DNA of 64,000 nucleotides from Puniceicoccaceae bacterium (GTDB taxonomy: Bacteria; Verrucomicrobiota; Verrucomicrobiia; Opitutales; Opitutaceae). The first letter of the stretch is position 1. Every line of letters starts with the position of its first letter. The notes beneath the pieces were generated by a model. The model did not search any database. It was given only the letters and a program-made list of their open reading frames with translations, and had not been told where the DNA came from. The stretch lies in contig REEB01000196.1 of NCBI GenBank assembly GCA_007695295.1, positions 2,289 to 66,288 of the forward strand, read 5' to 3'. The translations under genes were made by a program, and so were the position numbers. This document shows, in pieces, positions 47,498 through 56,828 of this stretch.

Positions 47498-49060
47498 CTA
47501 AGTAAAAACCAGCACCCGGGGCCTCCCCTGGCCGCCGGCGTCGAGTGCCTCCCATCCGCTCGGCCCGAGTTCACCCGCGGCGGTTTCTTCTCCCGTAGTG
47601 GGATCGTAGATACGGTAGCGGCGGGGAACTTTTGTGCTCGTGATGGTGGCATGGCCGCCTTTGGGAAGGTAGAGGACAAAAAGCCGGTCGGGGATGGCGA
47701 GGCCGCGATTGCCGAGGGTGAAGTCCCAGTTGGGCTCCAGGTCGGCGAAGGGCAGGCCGTCGAAGATGCGGGTGGCGATGCCGGGATAGCGGGCACCCTC
47801 GAAGTCGAGCGCCTCCCGCCAGCCCGCCCCCGGGGCGGTGCACCAGTCGGCGTGGTCGGGCTCGCCGGGGTGGAGCTTCCACTGCCAGAGGCTGCCGGCA
47901 CCGTAGACCAAGCCCATGGTGCCGCCGGCGGTGAGATTGCACCAGGCCTCGTGGCCCTGCCACCAGCCGGCCCCGTTCTCAGGGTGGTTCATGCCTTCGT
48001 AGGTGGGCTCGCCGTTGGCCACGGCTTTCACCGGATGCTGGTGCCACATGTGGGCGACGCGCTCGGGGATGTGGTCACCGTTATGGCCGGTCTGGCACCA
48101 CTGGAAGTCGAGCCAGGCCTTGTCTTGGTGGGTGCGGTTGAGGGCGTGGGGCGAGTAGTGGAGTCCGGTGGGGTGGGCGTAAGCATCCCACTGCTCGATG
48201 GTGCGGCCCGAGAGGTCGAGTTGTTCAACCACGTTGGGGAGCTCGTGGGGACCGTCGCCGCCGATCAGCCAGACGGCCGGCCGGGCGCCGTAGCGGGCCA
48301 CGAGGTAGCGGCAGTAGCGGGCGTAATCTCCGGGGCTGAGTTCATTGCCGGCGGTATGCCGGCCCTTCCATCCATAGCCGTGAAAGACCGGCTGGTAGAC
48401 CGGGGCGATGCCGTGCTCGACAAGGATGGCGGTGAGTTTGTCGAAGGTCTGGAAATAGGCCGGGACCAGTTGGCGCAGTGTTCCGCCGGGGAGATCTTCG
48501 AAGCCAACATCGAAGCCAAGGTCCTCCGTCCGCGATCGCGGGCCTTTGGCCTTGCGATCGGGCTGGATGGTCATGAGAAGGGCGGCGTTGAAGCCCTTGG
48601 CCTGGCGGTCGGCGGCGTAGATGCGCACCTGCTCCTCAGTGGCGCGCCAAGGCAACGCCCAGGCGGTGTCGGCACAGAGCAGGCGGGCCCGGCCGTCGGC
48701 ATGGACGAGGTTTCGTCTCCCCGGCGACATGCCCCAGAAGCCGTGGCGGTGGAAGGGGTTGTCGCTCTCCGGTCCGGGCTCGGCGGTGAGTTCACCGGCC
48801 TGCCCGTGGAGTCCGGGGTCGCGGTTGTCCGCGAACGAGCGCCAGAACCATCGGCCTTCTTCTCGGTTCGAGGCGAAGCGCACCCTGAACTCCTTGCCGC
48901 CGTCCCAAAACATCGGGCGCCGCAGGAGGGTGCCGTCTTCATGGGTGAAATCGACCCAGGCGCTGACCTCGGTGTAGGGGTTTTGGCAGGACAGTCCGGC
49001 GGTGAAGGTGATTTCGAGTTCGTGCCAGAGCGGGGCGGTGGAGGGGGATGTTTGGTGCAT
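47498..49060 (-). CDS. DUF5060 + DUF4038 (GH140-like) glycoside hydrolase
   Basis: The 722-aa ORF in the track is trimmed to ATG 49058-49060, giving 520 aa. N-terminal beta-sandwich LWHELEITF...FWDGGKEFRVRF, then a TIM-barrel-like region LLCADTAWALPWRAT...GFNAALLM...AVWLIGGDG. Family call is by resemblance. Confidence 0.7.
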   Translation of the reverse strand: MHQTSPSTAPLWHELEITFTAGLSCQNPYTEVSAWVDFTHEDGTLLRRPMFWDGGKEFRVRFASNREEGRWFWRSFADNRDPGLHGQAGELTAEPGPESDNPFHRHGFWGMSPGRRNLVHADGRARLLCADTAWALPWRATEEQVRIYAADRQAKGFNAALLMTIQPDRKAKGPRSRTEDLGFDVGFEDLPGGTLRQLVPAYFQTFDKLTAILVEHGIAPVYQPVFHGYGWKGRHTAGNELSPGDYARYCRYLVARYGARPAVWLIGGDGPHELPNVVEQLDLSGRTIEQWDAYAHPTGLHYSPHALNRTHQDKAWLDFQWCQTGHNGDHIPERVAHMWHQHPVKAVANGEPTYEGMNHPENGAGWWQGHEAWCNLTAGGTMGLVYGAGSLWQWKLHPGEPDHADWCTAPGAGWREALDFEGARYPGIATRIFDGLPFADLEPNWDFTLGNRGLAIPDRLFVLYLPKGGHATITSTKVPRRYRIYDPTTGEETAAGELGPSGWEALDAGGQGRPRVLVFT

Positions 49061-49184
49061 GGATGAAGAGGGTGCCAATGGTCGGCGCGGGCCGCCATTT
49101 GTCAACCGGAAGAACTTGGAGGAATGCGGGCGGGAATCGATATTCACGGCGGTCAATCCTCCGCAGCAAAAGATCGGGTCGGAC

Positions 49185-51014
49185 TCAGTCGAGCTCCAGG
49201 ATCCACTCCGTGCCTGGGGGGGCGAGGTTCCGTTCGAAGGCGATGGCGTCCTGGTCCTCGCCAACGGCGATGCGGTAGCGGCCATGGAAGCCACGGAAGC
49301 GAGCGGTGCCGTCTTCGCCCGTGCGGAGACTGAGGCGGGTGGTCCATTCCTCCGTGAGGAGGTGGTCAAGCACCTCGGCGGCGGGTTTGGGCGACCAGTC
49401 GCGCCGCCACAGAGCCGAGTCTTCCAGCCAGATCCTCCCTTCCCAGAAGCCCCAGAAGGTGATGGAAGCGACCGCCGGGTGAGCGAAGACCACGGTGAGG
49501 AAGTCGCGCAGGTAGTCGGCCTGATACTGCTCGTCGGTGGTTTTAAGTGTGAGTTCGGTGATCTGCAGCGGCAGGCCGAGGGTGGCGAAACGGTCGAGCA
49601 CCGCCTCCACCTGTCCGGGCGGGCTCGGGTTTTCATCAAGGTGGCATTGGAATCCGATCGCGCCAAGGGGGGCGCCGCGGTCGAGGAGATCCTGGACGAA
49701 GCCGGCGTAGTGGTCGTGGTTGGCGGTGAGGATGGCTCCAGCGCTGAGGATGCCGTATTCGTTCACGGCGAGTACGGGGCCGGAGTGGATTTCTGCGGCG
49801 GCGGCAAACCACTCGGCGATGGCATCGCGGCCGAGGATGGTTTCGAAGTCGTTGTTGACCCTCGGTTCATTCACGAGGTCGACTTGGTCGATCCGGAAGG
49901 GTTTGAGCGCGGCGAGCACTTCCTCGATCTGGGCCAGTACCTGCGACTGCAAGGCGGGCGGGTCGTCGGCCAAAGGGCGCCAGGCCGACGGGCTCCACTG
50001 CCAGGAAGGCCAGATGACAGTGTGGGCGCGGATGTCCAGACCGTGCTCGGTGGCCCACTTGAGGGCGGCGAGATAGGCGGCGCGGGTCGCTTCGCTTTGC
50101 CAGCCCCAATCGGCGGGGTAGACGGCTGAAGTGACCCGGTTGAAATAGCGCAGCACCGTTTCTCTGAAGCGCTCCGCATCGAGGCCGGATTCGAGCACGG
50201 GCGAGGGTCCTTCGATGAAGGTGCCGAAGCCGAAGGCGTGGCGGACCAGCTCGACTTGGACTGCTGCGTCGGCCAGTGGTTCGCCCGCTGCATTGCGGAC
50301 GGTTAACCGGACCTCGCCCATGCGGTGGCGGTCGATCCGCTCCTGCATCCGTGCCAGCCAAGCGGGGTCGAGGTGCATTGGCGCATAGTCGATGCGGGTG
50401 CTGGGGAGGCTGGCGGGATCGATCCCAGGGCCGAGATTCCAGACCATCAGGCCGCCGATGTCCACGGTCTGCGCAAGGCTGCCAAGGTGAAAGACTAGGT
50501 TGACGGTGCCGGCGTCGAAGTCCCGGTCGGCCACGGCGCGAAAAAACCGGCGTTGCCAGTGTGCTCCTTGGTTGATCGCGAGGTTCTGCAGGCCATGCCA
50601 GGAAGGCTCGGGGCGTTGCAGATAGGCCGTGACTTGGCCCGATCCGGACTCTGTTTCAGCACAGCCGCGGATCCAGAATGATCCCAGGAGGACATCGCCG
50701 GTCGCGATCGGAGTCTCCGACCTAGGCGAGGTCAGGGTTGCCCCCCACACGGGATCGGTGGGGTGGGGTACCTTCACCCGGACGGCCTCCTCAAACGGCA
50801 TTGCCTCGGCCTGCAACACCTTCGCTCCGGCTGAACCTCCGGCCTGGAAAAACTCGGGTGCCGCGCCGGAGATGAGAACCAGCGCGGGGCGGGGCAGGTC
50901 TAATTCTTCAGGTAGCCATCTCATGGATACATCAGAATGGGCTTTCGGCAGCACCGGGAGGCAGATGCAGGCAAGGCCCATGGCCAGGAGGTTCCGAAAC
51001 AACCTTGGGTGCAT
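49185..51014 (-). CDS. Secreted GH10-family glycoside hydrolase (endo-beta-1,4-xylanase-like) with an N-terminal CBM-like region
   Basis: Trimmed to ATG 51012-51014. Signal peptide MHPRLFRNLLAMGLACICLPVLPKAHS. Acid/base motif VDLVNEP and nucleophile motif LQITELT. HAFGFGT... Confidence 0.8.
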   Translation of the reverse strand: MHPRLFRNLLAMGLACICLPVLPKAHSDVSMRWLPEELDLPRPALVLISGAAPEFFQAGGSAGAKVLQAEAMPFEEAVRVKVPHPTDPVWGATLTSPRSETPIATGDVLLGSFWIRGCAETESGSGQVTAYLQRPEPSWHGLQNLAINQGAHWQRRFFRAVADRDFDAGTVNLVFHLGSLAQTVDIGGLMVWNLGPGIDPASLPSTRIDYAPMHLDPAWLARMQERIDRHRMGEVRLTVRNAAGEPLADAAVQVELVRHAFGFGTFIEGPSPVLESGLDAERFRETVLRYFNRVTSAVYPADWGWQSEATRAAYLAALKWATEHGLDIRAHTVIWPSWQWSPSAWRPLADDPPALQSQVLAQIEEVLAALKPFRIDQVDLVNEPRVNNDFETILGRDAIAEWFAAAAEIHSGPVLAVNEYGILSAGAILTANHDHYAGFVQDLLDRGAPLGAIGFQCHLDENPSPPGQVEAVLDRFATLGLPLQITELTLKTTDEQYQADYLRDFLTVVFAHPAVASITFWGFWEGRIWLEDSALWRRDWSPKPAAEVLDHLLTEEWTTRLSLRTGEDGTARFRGFHGRYRIAVGEDQDAIAFERNLAPPGTEWILELD

Positions 51015-51100
51015 GGCCCCAAGTCTTGCCGACAGTTGTGCTGCGCCACGAGGGAAATTTTCGTGCAAGAGCGTTCTTGGGCGTGTTTGCTTTGTCACCA

Positions 51101-52411
51101 ATGAACATCGTCTACCTCCATGCCCACGATGCAGGCCGGCACTTGCAGCCCTACGGCCATCCCGTTCCAACACCGCACCTCCAGCGCCTCGCCGGTCAGT
51201 CGACCCTCTTTCGCAATGCCTTCACTGCCGCTCCGACCTGCTCCCCGAGCCGGGTTGCCCTGCTGACGGGAGTCACCGCCCACGAGGCTGGCACGCTCGG
51301 CTTGACTCACCGCGGATTTCATATGGCTCGTCCGGAGCTGCATCTCGCCCGGCACCTGCGGGATCAGGGATTTGAGACCGTCTTGGCCGGCGTCCAGCAT
51401 GAATACCCGTGGAATACCGATGACAAGGGCTATGTCCGCGAATTGTCGATTAAAGGTCAGGGCTCCCTGGCAGAAAAGGACCAGGCGGTGGCGGAGGCGG
51501 CGGCTGAGTACCTGCGCGAGCCAAAGGCAAAGTCTTTTTTTCTTGCCTGCGGCTTCATCCTGCCGCACCGCGGTTTTCCCGAGCCGGCTCCTGATCTCGA
51601 TCCTCGTTTCATCCGGCCTCCGGATTGCTTGCCCGATACTCCCGAAACCCGGGCCGACTACGCCGCTTACATGGAGGCGGCCCGGAGTATGGACCGTTGT
51701 TGCGGGGTGGTGCTCGATGCTCTCGAAGAAACTCGGTTGGCCGATGACACTCTGGTGGTCTTTACCGTGGACCACGGCATCGCCTTCCCCTCCATGAAGT
51801 GCAATCTTTACGACACCGGCATCGAAGTGGCTCTGATCCTGCGCTATCCCGGTAATCCGGGTGCTGGTACGGTCTGCGACGCACTCGTTTCCCAGCTCGA
51901 TGTGTATCCAACGATCTGCGACATCGCCGGCGTACCGGAGCCCGGCCATCTGCGGGGCCGGAGCTTGCGTCCGCTTTTGGAGGGCAAGGCCGCCTCCGTC
52001 CGCGATGATCTTTTTGCTGAGGTGACCTATCATGCCGGCTATGAGCCGATGCGCTGTGTGCGCACAGAGCGGTACAAGATGATACGGTATTTTGACGAGG
52101 ACACCCGCCCCATGCGGGTCAATGTGGACGCGAGTCCTTCCAAGAAGGTCATGGAAGGGGCTGGGTTTTTTGACCGGCCACGGTCCCGCTGGCAGCTTTT
52201 CGACCTTCTGCTCGACCCGGCGGAGAGGAACAATCTGGCCGATGACCCGGCCCATCATGCCGTACGGCAGGATATGGAAAGCCGGCTCGAACGCTGGATG
52301 CGGGAGACGGACGATCCGCTTCTTAAAGGACCCGTGGCTGCGCCCAAGGGGGCGAAGGTCAATCTCCGCAGCCAGCTCGAACCCAGCGAGCCGGTGCAGT
52401 TGATAGAGTAG
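51101..52411 (+). CDS. Sulfatase (formylglycine-dependent)
   Basis: Trimmed to ATG 51101. FTAAPTCSPSRVALLTG (CxPxR motif), VFTVDHG. Confidence 0.9.
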   Translation: MNIVYLHAHDAGRHLQPYGHPVPTPHLQRLAGQSTLFRNAFTAAPTCSPSRVALLTGVTAHEAGTLGLTHRGFHMARPELHLARHLRDQGFETVLAGVQHEYPWNTDDKGYVRELSIKGQGSLAEKDQAVAEAAAEYLREPKAKSFFLACGFILPHRGFPEPAPDLDPRFIRPPDCLPDTPETRADYAAYMEAARSMDRCCGVVLDALEETRLADDTLVVFTVDHGIAFPSMKCNLYDTGIEVALILRYPGNPGAGTVCDALVSQLDVYPTICDIAGVPEPGHLRGRSLRPLLEGKAASVRDDLFAEVTYHAGYEPMRCVRTERYKMIRYFDEDTRPMRVNVDASPSKKVMEGAGFFDRPRSRWQLFDLLLDPAERNNLADDPAHHAVRQDMESRLERWMRETDDPLLKGPVAAPKGAKVNLRSQLEPSEPVQLIE

Positions 52412-52659
52412 AGTGGGGAGCAAGCGGCAGTTCCTATGTCCCGGCTGGTGCCATGCGAAAGGGATCCAACCCCACTTCATTCGGCGTAACTTTCTCGATG
52501 ACTTGGCGTCACGTTGAGGCGGGTGGTTGATCTTTGGCGGGTAGGCCTCTGCGGGCAGGCCGAACAGCGCACGAGGCTCGATTGAATGGCTGATCATTCT
52601 GAATGCGACCTTCGTCTCCGGCACAGGAACGTCGGATCCCAAGCATGCCCACTCCCCAC

Positions 52660-52680
52660 ATAAATAGCCTGTCCCTAAAT
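52660..52680 (+). repeat. 21-bp direct repeat ATAAATAGCCTGTCCCTAAAT, copy 1
   Basis: Identical to 54103-54123 in the same orientation. Confidence 0.9.
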
Positions 52681-53096
52681 CTGGAGATGACTGCAAGGTG
52701 GCGCAGATTTCGCGGAGGTGAGGATACACCAGGACCCCGACCAGGCCGGGTCAGTTCATTCCTGGTCCCCCATGAATGCTGAATTGGCAATCCTCCCTTA
52801 TCCGGGGGAACCGGCTGGTCTTGGTTACATTCGAGGCTGAAAACCCCGGCATTCAGGATCACTCAGCATATTGGGCTTGATAAAAAAACCTCTGTTCCCA
52901 CTGAAATCCGTATTCACAGGAATCACCAGTGCAGCCAGATGATTCTCCTAGTCCTCGGCTTCATATCGCGGTGGGGTTTGCCAGAGGCGGCAGTATGCGG
53001 AGCGGAGCTGAAGATCCCGGATCCAAAATAACCGCGGGGGTGGGTTCCATTTCCGTTAAGAACAGGGTGGCACCCCCCGCGAAACCTCCTCGCACC

Positions 53097-54065
53097 TCAG
53101 CTGATCGGTTGCCGCCGCAGGTCTCTCGCCGTCATCAGTCCCACGTCGGAAAGTCCCGGAATGGAACGGGCTCCGGTCTTGCGTTTTGATCCGAAGAAGG
53201 AGCGATGATCGTGAAAGAAGGTGTTTACGAAATCTCGACTACCCAAGACCAGCCCATCCGAAAAAAAGCGCACCCGGCAGAGAAGCAGTTCGTGTTTTGG
53301 CAATTCACCGCGTTGCGCCATTACCCGCTTGGCAGCTTTGTCCGCAATCGTGAGTCCATTGCCCAGCGCAGCCGGACCCGATCCTTTTCCGAATAAGGCC
53401 ATGCGATAGTCAGCCAAGGCGGTTTTCCAATCGGCCGCCCCAATAATTTGCATTAGGCCTGTGCGGGCGAGCTTGCCGCCTCCGCACGCTTCACCGTAGC
53501 CAGAGAATCGGTAATCCTTGGGATCCTGCACCAGTCCGGCACGCACGGGATTCAGGTCGATGTAAGCAGCGACCGTTTCGAGACTGAATCGTTTTCCTTC
53601 TATAATGCAGGATTTGAAGCGTTCGGCCCAGAGCGTACCGAACCGGCCATGGGTTTTATTGAACCAGATGCTGAAGCGCTGTTTCAACTCCTTTACAAAT
53701 GCCGATAGGTCGAACATTCGCTTGTGGAGGCTTGCCCGTAGACGGGCCTGTTCCTGGAGATTTGGATGCAGGAGTTGCAGCTTGATCTCGTGAGCCCGGG
53801 CGTGGCCATAGAGTTGGGTTGCGCGCTCGACCAGTTCCCGGTCCGAGATATCACGTGCAGGGGGAACCCGAACGAGGAGATGGACATGGTTCGACATGAT
53901 GCAGAAGGTGAGTGTCTCGACGCCGCAGAATAAAGAGACTTTTCGGATTATTTTCCGGAATACTTCTTTTTCAGGCCTGCCGAAGAGCATCTGGCCGGCG
54001 ACGGTCCGGGTGATGACGTGGTAGGTGGCGGTTTGACCAATGATTTTGGCTCGGCGGGTTCGCAT
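53097..54065 (-). CDS. IS200-like Y1 (HUH) transposase / REP-associated tyrosine transposase-like protein
   Basis: YHVITRTVAGQMLF, HUH motif CIMSNHVHLLV, catalytic Tyr region VAAYIDLNPVRAGL. 322 aa. Confidence 0.85.
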   Translation of the reverse strand: MRTRRAKIIGQTATYHVITRTVAGQMLFGRPEKEVFRKIIRKVSLFCGVETLTFCIMSNHVHLLVRVPPARDISDRELVERATQLYGHARAHEIKLQLLHPNLQEQARLRASLHKRMFDLSAFVKELKQRFSIWFNKTHGRFGTLWAERFKSCIIEGKRFSLETVAAYIDLNPVRAGLVQDPKDYRFSGYGEACGGGKLARTGLMQIIGAADWKTALADYRMALFGKGSGPAALGNGLTIADKAAKRVMAQRGELPKHELLLCRVRFFSDGLVLGSRDFVNTFFHDHRSFFGSKRKTGARSIPGLSDVGLMTARDLRRQPIS

Positions 54066-54102
54066 GGGAAAAGACTTAGGCTTGGCTGGGCTGAGTCAAC
54101 TG

Positions 54103-54123
54103 ATAAATAGCCTGTCCCTAAAT
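54103..54123 (+). repeat. 21-bp direct repeat ATAAATAGCCTGTCCCTAAAT, copy 2
   Basis: Identical to 52660-52680. Lies 38 nt beyond the transposase start codon. Confidence 0.9.
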
Positions 54124-54334
54124 GGGTGGTGGCGAGCGTCGATGCTTCATTTTGCGTCTCTGACAGGACTCATGGGCTGAGTCCGGTTCCGGCGGTTTTC
54201 CATGGATAGGGTAAAGAGACTTCCTGAGCGTTGAGGCTGCTTTGGCCGTGGGCTTTGCGGTGACCGGGTTCACGTGGGTGTTGAGCCCCCGGACTATGCG
54301 GGAAGAAAAGGCGCCCCTGGACGGAGTGCCGACG

Positions 54335-55243
54335 CTATTTACCTTCGAAAAGCGCTTCGAAGAGGGAACGCTTTTCGACGGCGTTTTCAGGGAGTGGGTT
54401 CGCGAAATCTGCGGCTTCGAAGGCAGGGCTGGCGATGTCCCGAAACTCCTGAGTGGAGCGGAACCCGATGCCCGGGGAGGTGAGGTCGGCTGGACTCTCC
54501 GTGATCGCCTTCAGCCGCTCGCGGTTTTCGGGGGTGTTCTCCAGCCCCATGCCCGCAAGCGTTTCCTCTAGGTCGTGGTCGTGCAGATGCATGTCTTCCT
54601 GGAGCTCTGCCAGGGAGGTGATGGCCACGGAGTAGCGGAGGATGTGGTAGGTGTCGGTCGAAATCCAATAGGTTTCGCGGCCGTGGTGGCGTGAGGTGCC
54701 GCCAACGACATAGCAGGCCACGCCATTGACCTCTTCGACTCCCTCAACGACGGGGTCTTTGATCCGTTCGAGAGGGCTCTCCGGATCCAGCCCGAGGAAG
54801 AGGGCAGGGATGGTGTGGGCGGCTCCACCGGATATGCCGGTGGCGCCGGCGAGGGCCAACTCATGGGAGGCCATGGTGAAATAAACGTTTCGGGGTCCGC
54901 TGATGAACAGGCGGGGTTGATCGCCCGTGCTCCAGACGGCGCCCCCGAAACTGAAGGGGAGGCCCCGGTTGGACCAGGTGATGCGATAGTAGTGCGGCCG
55001 CATCAGGCGGAGCGTGAAGTCGGTGGTGAAGGGCGTGATGTTCTCGGGTCCGACGGTGTGGCCAGTGACGGTGCCCTCAGCCTGAAAGGACTCCATCGTG
55101 CGGTAGGTCTGGGCAACGTGCTCAAGAATGGCCGCGGCATCGGGAGGCGACTCAGGTACGGTCCCGGCCTTGGCGACGGCGGACCCGGCGAAGAAGAGCG
55201 GCAGCAATAGGAGGATGAGGAGGCGGCGGCGGCGAGTAAGCAT
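54335..55243 (-). CDS. Secreted LolA-fold-like (outer-membrane lipoprotein-sorting-like) protein
   Basis: Signal peptide LLILLLLPLFFAGSAVA. ...ILEHVAQTYRTMESFQAEGTV...DFTLRLMRPHYYRITW...VNGVACYVV... resembles LolA/DUF2092-type beta-clam proteins. Family call is by resemblance. Confidence 0.55.
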   Translation of the reverse strand: MLTRRRRLLILLLLPLFFAGSAVAKAGTVPESPPDAAAILEHVAQTYRTMESFQAEGTVTGHTVGPENITPFTTDFTLRLMRPHYYRITWSNRGLPFSFGGAVWSTGDQPRLFISGPRNVYFTMASHELALAGATGISGGAAHTIPALFLGLDPESPLERIKDPVVEGVEEVNGVACYVVGGTSRHHGRETYWISTDTYHILRYSVAITSLAELQEDMHLHDHDLEETLAGMGLENTPENRERLKAITESPADLTSPGIGFRSTQEFRDIASPAFEAADFANPLPENAVEKRSLFEALFEGK

Positions 55244-55580
55244 GGGGGATGAGGAATCGGGATGGCAGGTTCAGGTCGATACGATGGCAGCCACTCAGAG
55301 GATGGCGAGTTTCTGTTCCACCCGTGCAGCGATGAGACGCTCCATGTTGCCTGAAAAGTCGCAGAGTCCATGGTTGAGGCACATGGTGACGGGTGGGACT
55401 TCCAAGTTGGAAGCGCAGGTGAAAGGGATCCGGAGGCCGGGGAAAAGGCGGCTCCGAAAACAGGCGGAGGCTTCGGGGCGCGGCGGGAGCAGGAACCATT
55501 CATCAAGGTTGCCCGGCCCGGGAAGCGGACCTTGGTCTCGGTGCGGTGTCCCGGCCAGCCCGGTCCGGTGGGCGGGGCCC

Positions 55581-56777
55581 TCAGAGGCGGGCGGCGGCGT
55601 AGGCGACGGCTTCCTCGATGGTGGCCAGGTCCTCCTCGGAGTGGCGGGCGGAGATGGCGGTGCGGATGAGGTCTTTGCCGGGGGGGACGCCGGGGGTGAT
55701 CGACATGACGGAAAAGACCCCTTTGGCGAGGAGGTTTTTCCAGAAGAAAAAGCACTTTTCGCGGCTGCCGAGGACGATGGGGATGGCGGGCGTCTCGCTG
55801 TCCCAGGTATCGAGGCCGAGGTTTTGCAGGAAGCTGCGGTAGCGGCGGGTATTGGCCCAGAGGCGCTGGAGGTGTTCGGGTTCTTCCTGGAGGATCTTCA
55901 GACTGGCAAGGGCGCAGGCGGCTTGGCAGGGGCTGAGGGCGGCGCTGAAGATGGTCTGCTTGGAGTGGGTGCGGAGGTATTCGATGAGGCTGCGGTCACC
56001 GGCGACAAAACCGCCGGTGCTGGAGAGCGCTTTGGAGAGACTGCCACAAAGGATGTCGACGGCGTCGGTGACGCCGAAGTGATCGGCGGTGCCCCGGCCC
56101 TCCCGGCCGAGGACGCCGAGGCCATGGGCATCGTCGACGACGAGAAAGCAGTCGAACTCCTCGGCGAGGGCGGCGATTTCGGGAAGGGGGGCGGTGTGGC
56201 CCTCCATTGAGTAGACGCCCTCGACGGCGATCAGCTTCGGGGTGGAGGGAGGGAGGGAGGCGAGGACGGCCCGGAGGTCGGCGGGATTGTTGTGACTGAA
56301 ACGCTCGACTTGGGCGTAGGAGAGCCGGATGCCGTCCCAGATGCAGGAGTGGATGTTTTTGTCGACGACGACGTTGTCGCCGCGGCCGGCGAAAGCGGCG
56401 ATGGAGGAGAGGCAGGAGAGGTAGCCGGCGGCGGAGACGTGGCAGGCCTCCTTGCCGAGGAAAGCGGCGAGAGCGGCTTCGAGCTCGAGGTGGTAGCCGC
56501 GGGAGCCGTTGGAGAGGCGGGCTCCGGTGGTGCTGCTGCCCCAAGTGGCGAGGGCTTGGCGACCGGCTTCGATGACCTTCGGGTGGTGGGAGAGTCCGAG
56601 GTAGTCATTGCTGGAGAGCATGACCAACTCACGGCCATTGAGGATGACGCGGGACCCGTTCTGAGCTTCCGGAGTGTGGTACCAGGGGGCGTATTTTTGC
56701 CGGAGTCGCACGGCCTCGTCCTCGCGGCAGCGCCGGAGGATGGGGTTGGTGCGTTGGCTGGTAAAGAGGGACTTCAT
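55581..56777 (-). CDS. Alpha-oxoamine synthase family PLP enzyme (BioF / Kbl / serine palmitoyltransferase-like)
   Basis: SSNDYLGLSHHP, VDDAHGLGVLG, PLP-lysine region CGSLSKALSSTGGF. 398 aa. Confidence 0.9.
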   Translation of the reverse strand: MKSLFTSQRTNPILRRCREDEAVRLRQKYAPWYHTPEAQNGSRVILNGRELVMLSSNDYLGLSHHPKVIEAGRQALATWGSSTTGARLSNGSRGYHLELEAALAAFLGKEACHVSAAGYLSCLSSIAAFAGRGDNVVVDKNIHSCIWDGIRLSYAQVERFSHNNPADLRAVLASLPPSTPKLIAVEGVYSMEGHTAPLPEIAALAEEFDCFLVVDDAHGLGVLGREGRGTADHFGVTDAVDILCGSLSKALSSTGGFVAGDRSLIEYLRTHSKQTIFSAALSPCQAACALASLKILQEEPEHLQRLWANTRRYRSFLQNLGLDTWDSETPAIPIVLGSREKCFFFWKNLLAKGVFSVMSITPGVPPGKDLIRTAISARHSEEDLATIEEAVAYAAARL

Positions 56778-56828
56778 CGCGCCAAAAAGGAGAACGTCGA
56801 AAATCGCGCGTCGGCTGGCAAAGGAATT

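Larger units (their letters stand above)
52660..54123 (-). mobile_element. Possible 1.46-kb unit: Y1 transposase gene plus 0.4 kb of lower-GC non-coding DNA, bounded by 21-bp direct repeats
   Basis: The repeats bracket the only transposase-like gene in the window. The interior 52.68-53.10 kb is lower in GC and has no convincing ORF. Confidence 0.3.

Noticed and set aside
55244-55580. A small protein-coding gene (for example an acyl carrier protein) in the 337-bp gap between the LolA-like and alpha-oxoamine synthase genes.
   Set aside because: Translating all three minus-strand frames gave no ACP DSL motif and no frame with a plausible start plus non-degenerate composition. The longest ATG/TTG-initiated pieces are under 40 codons.
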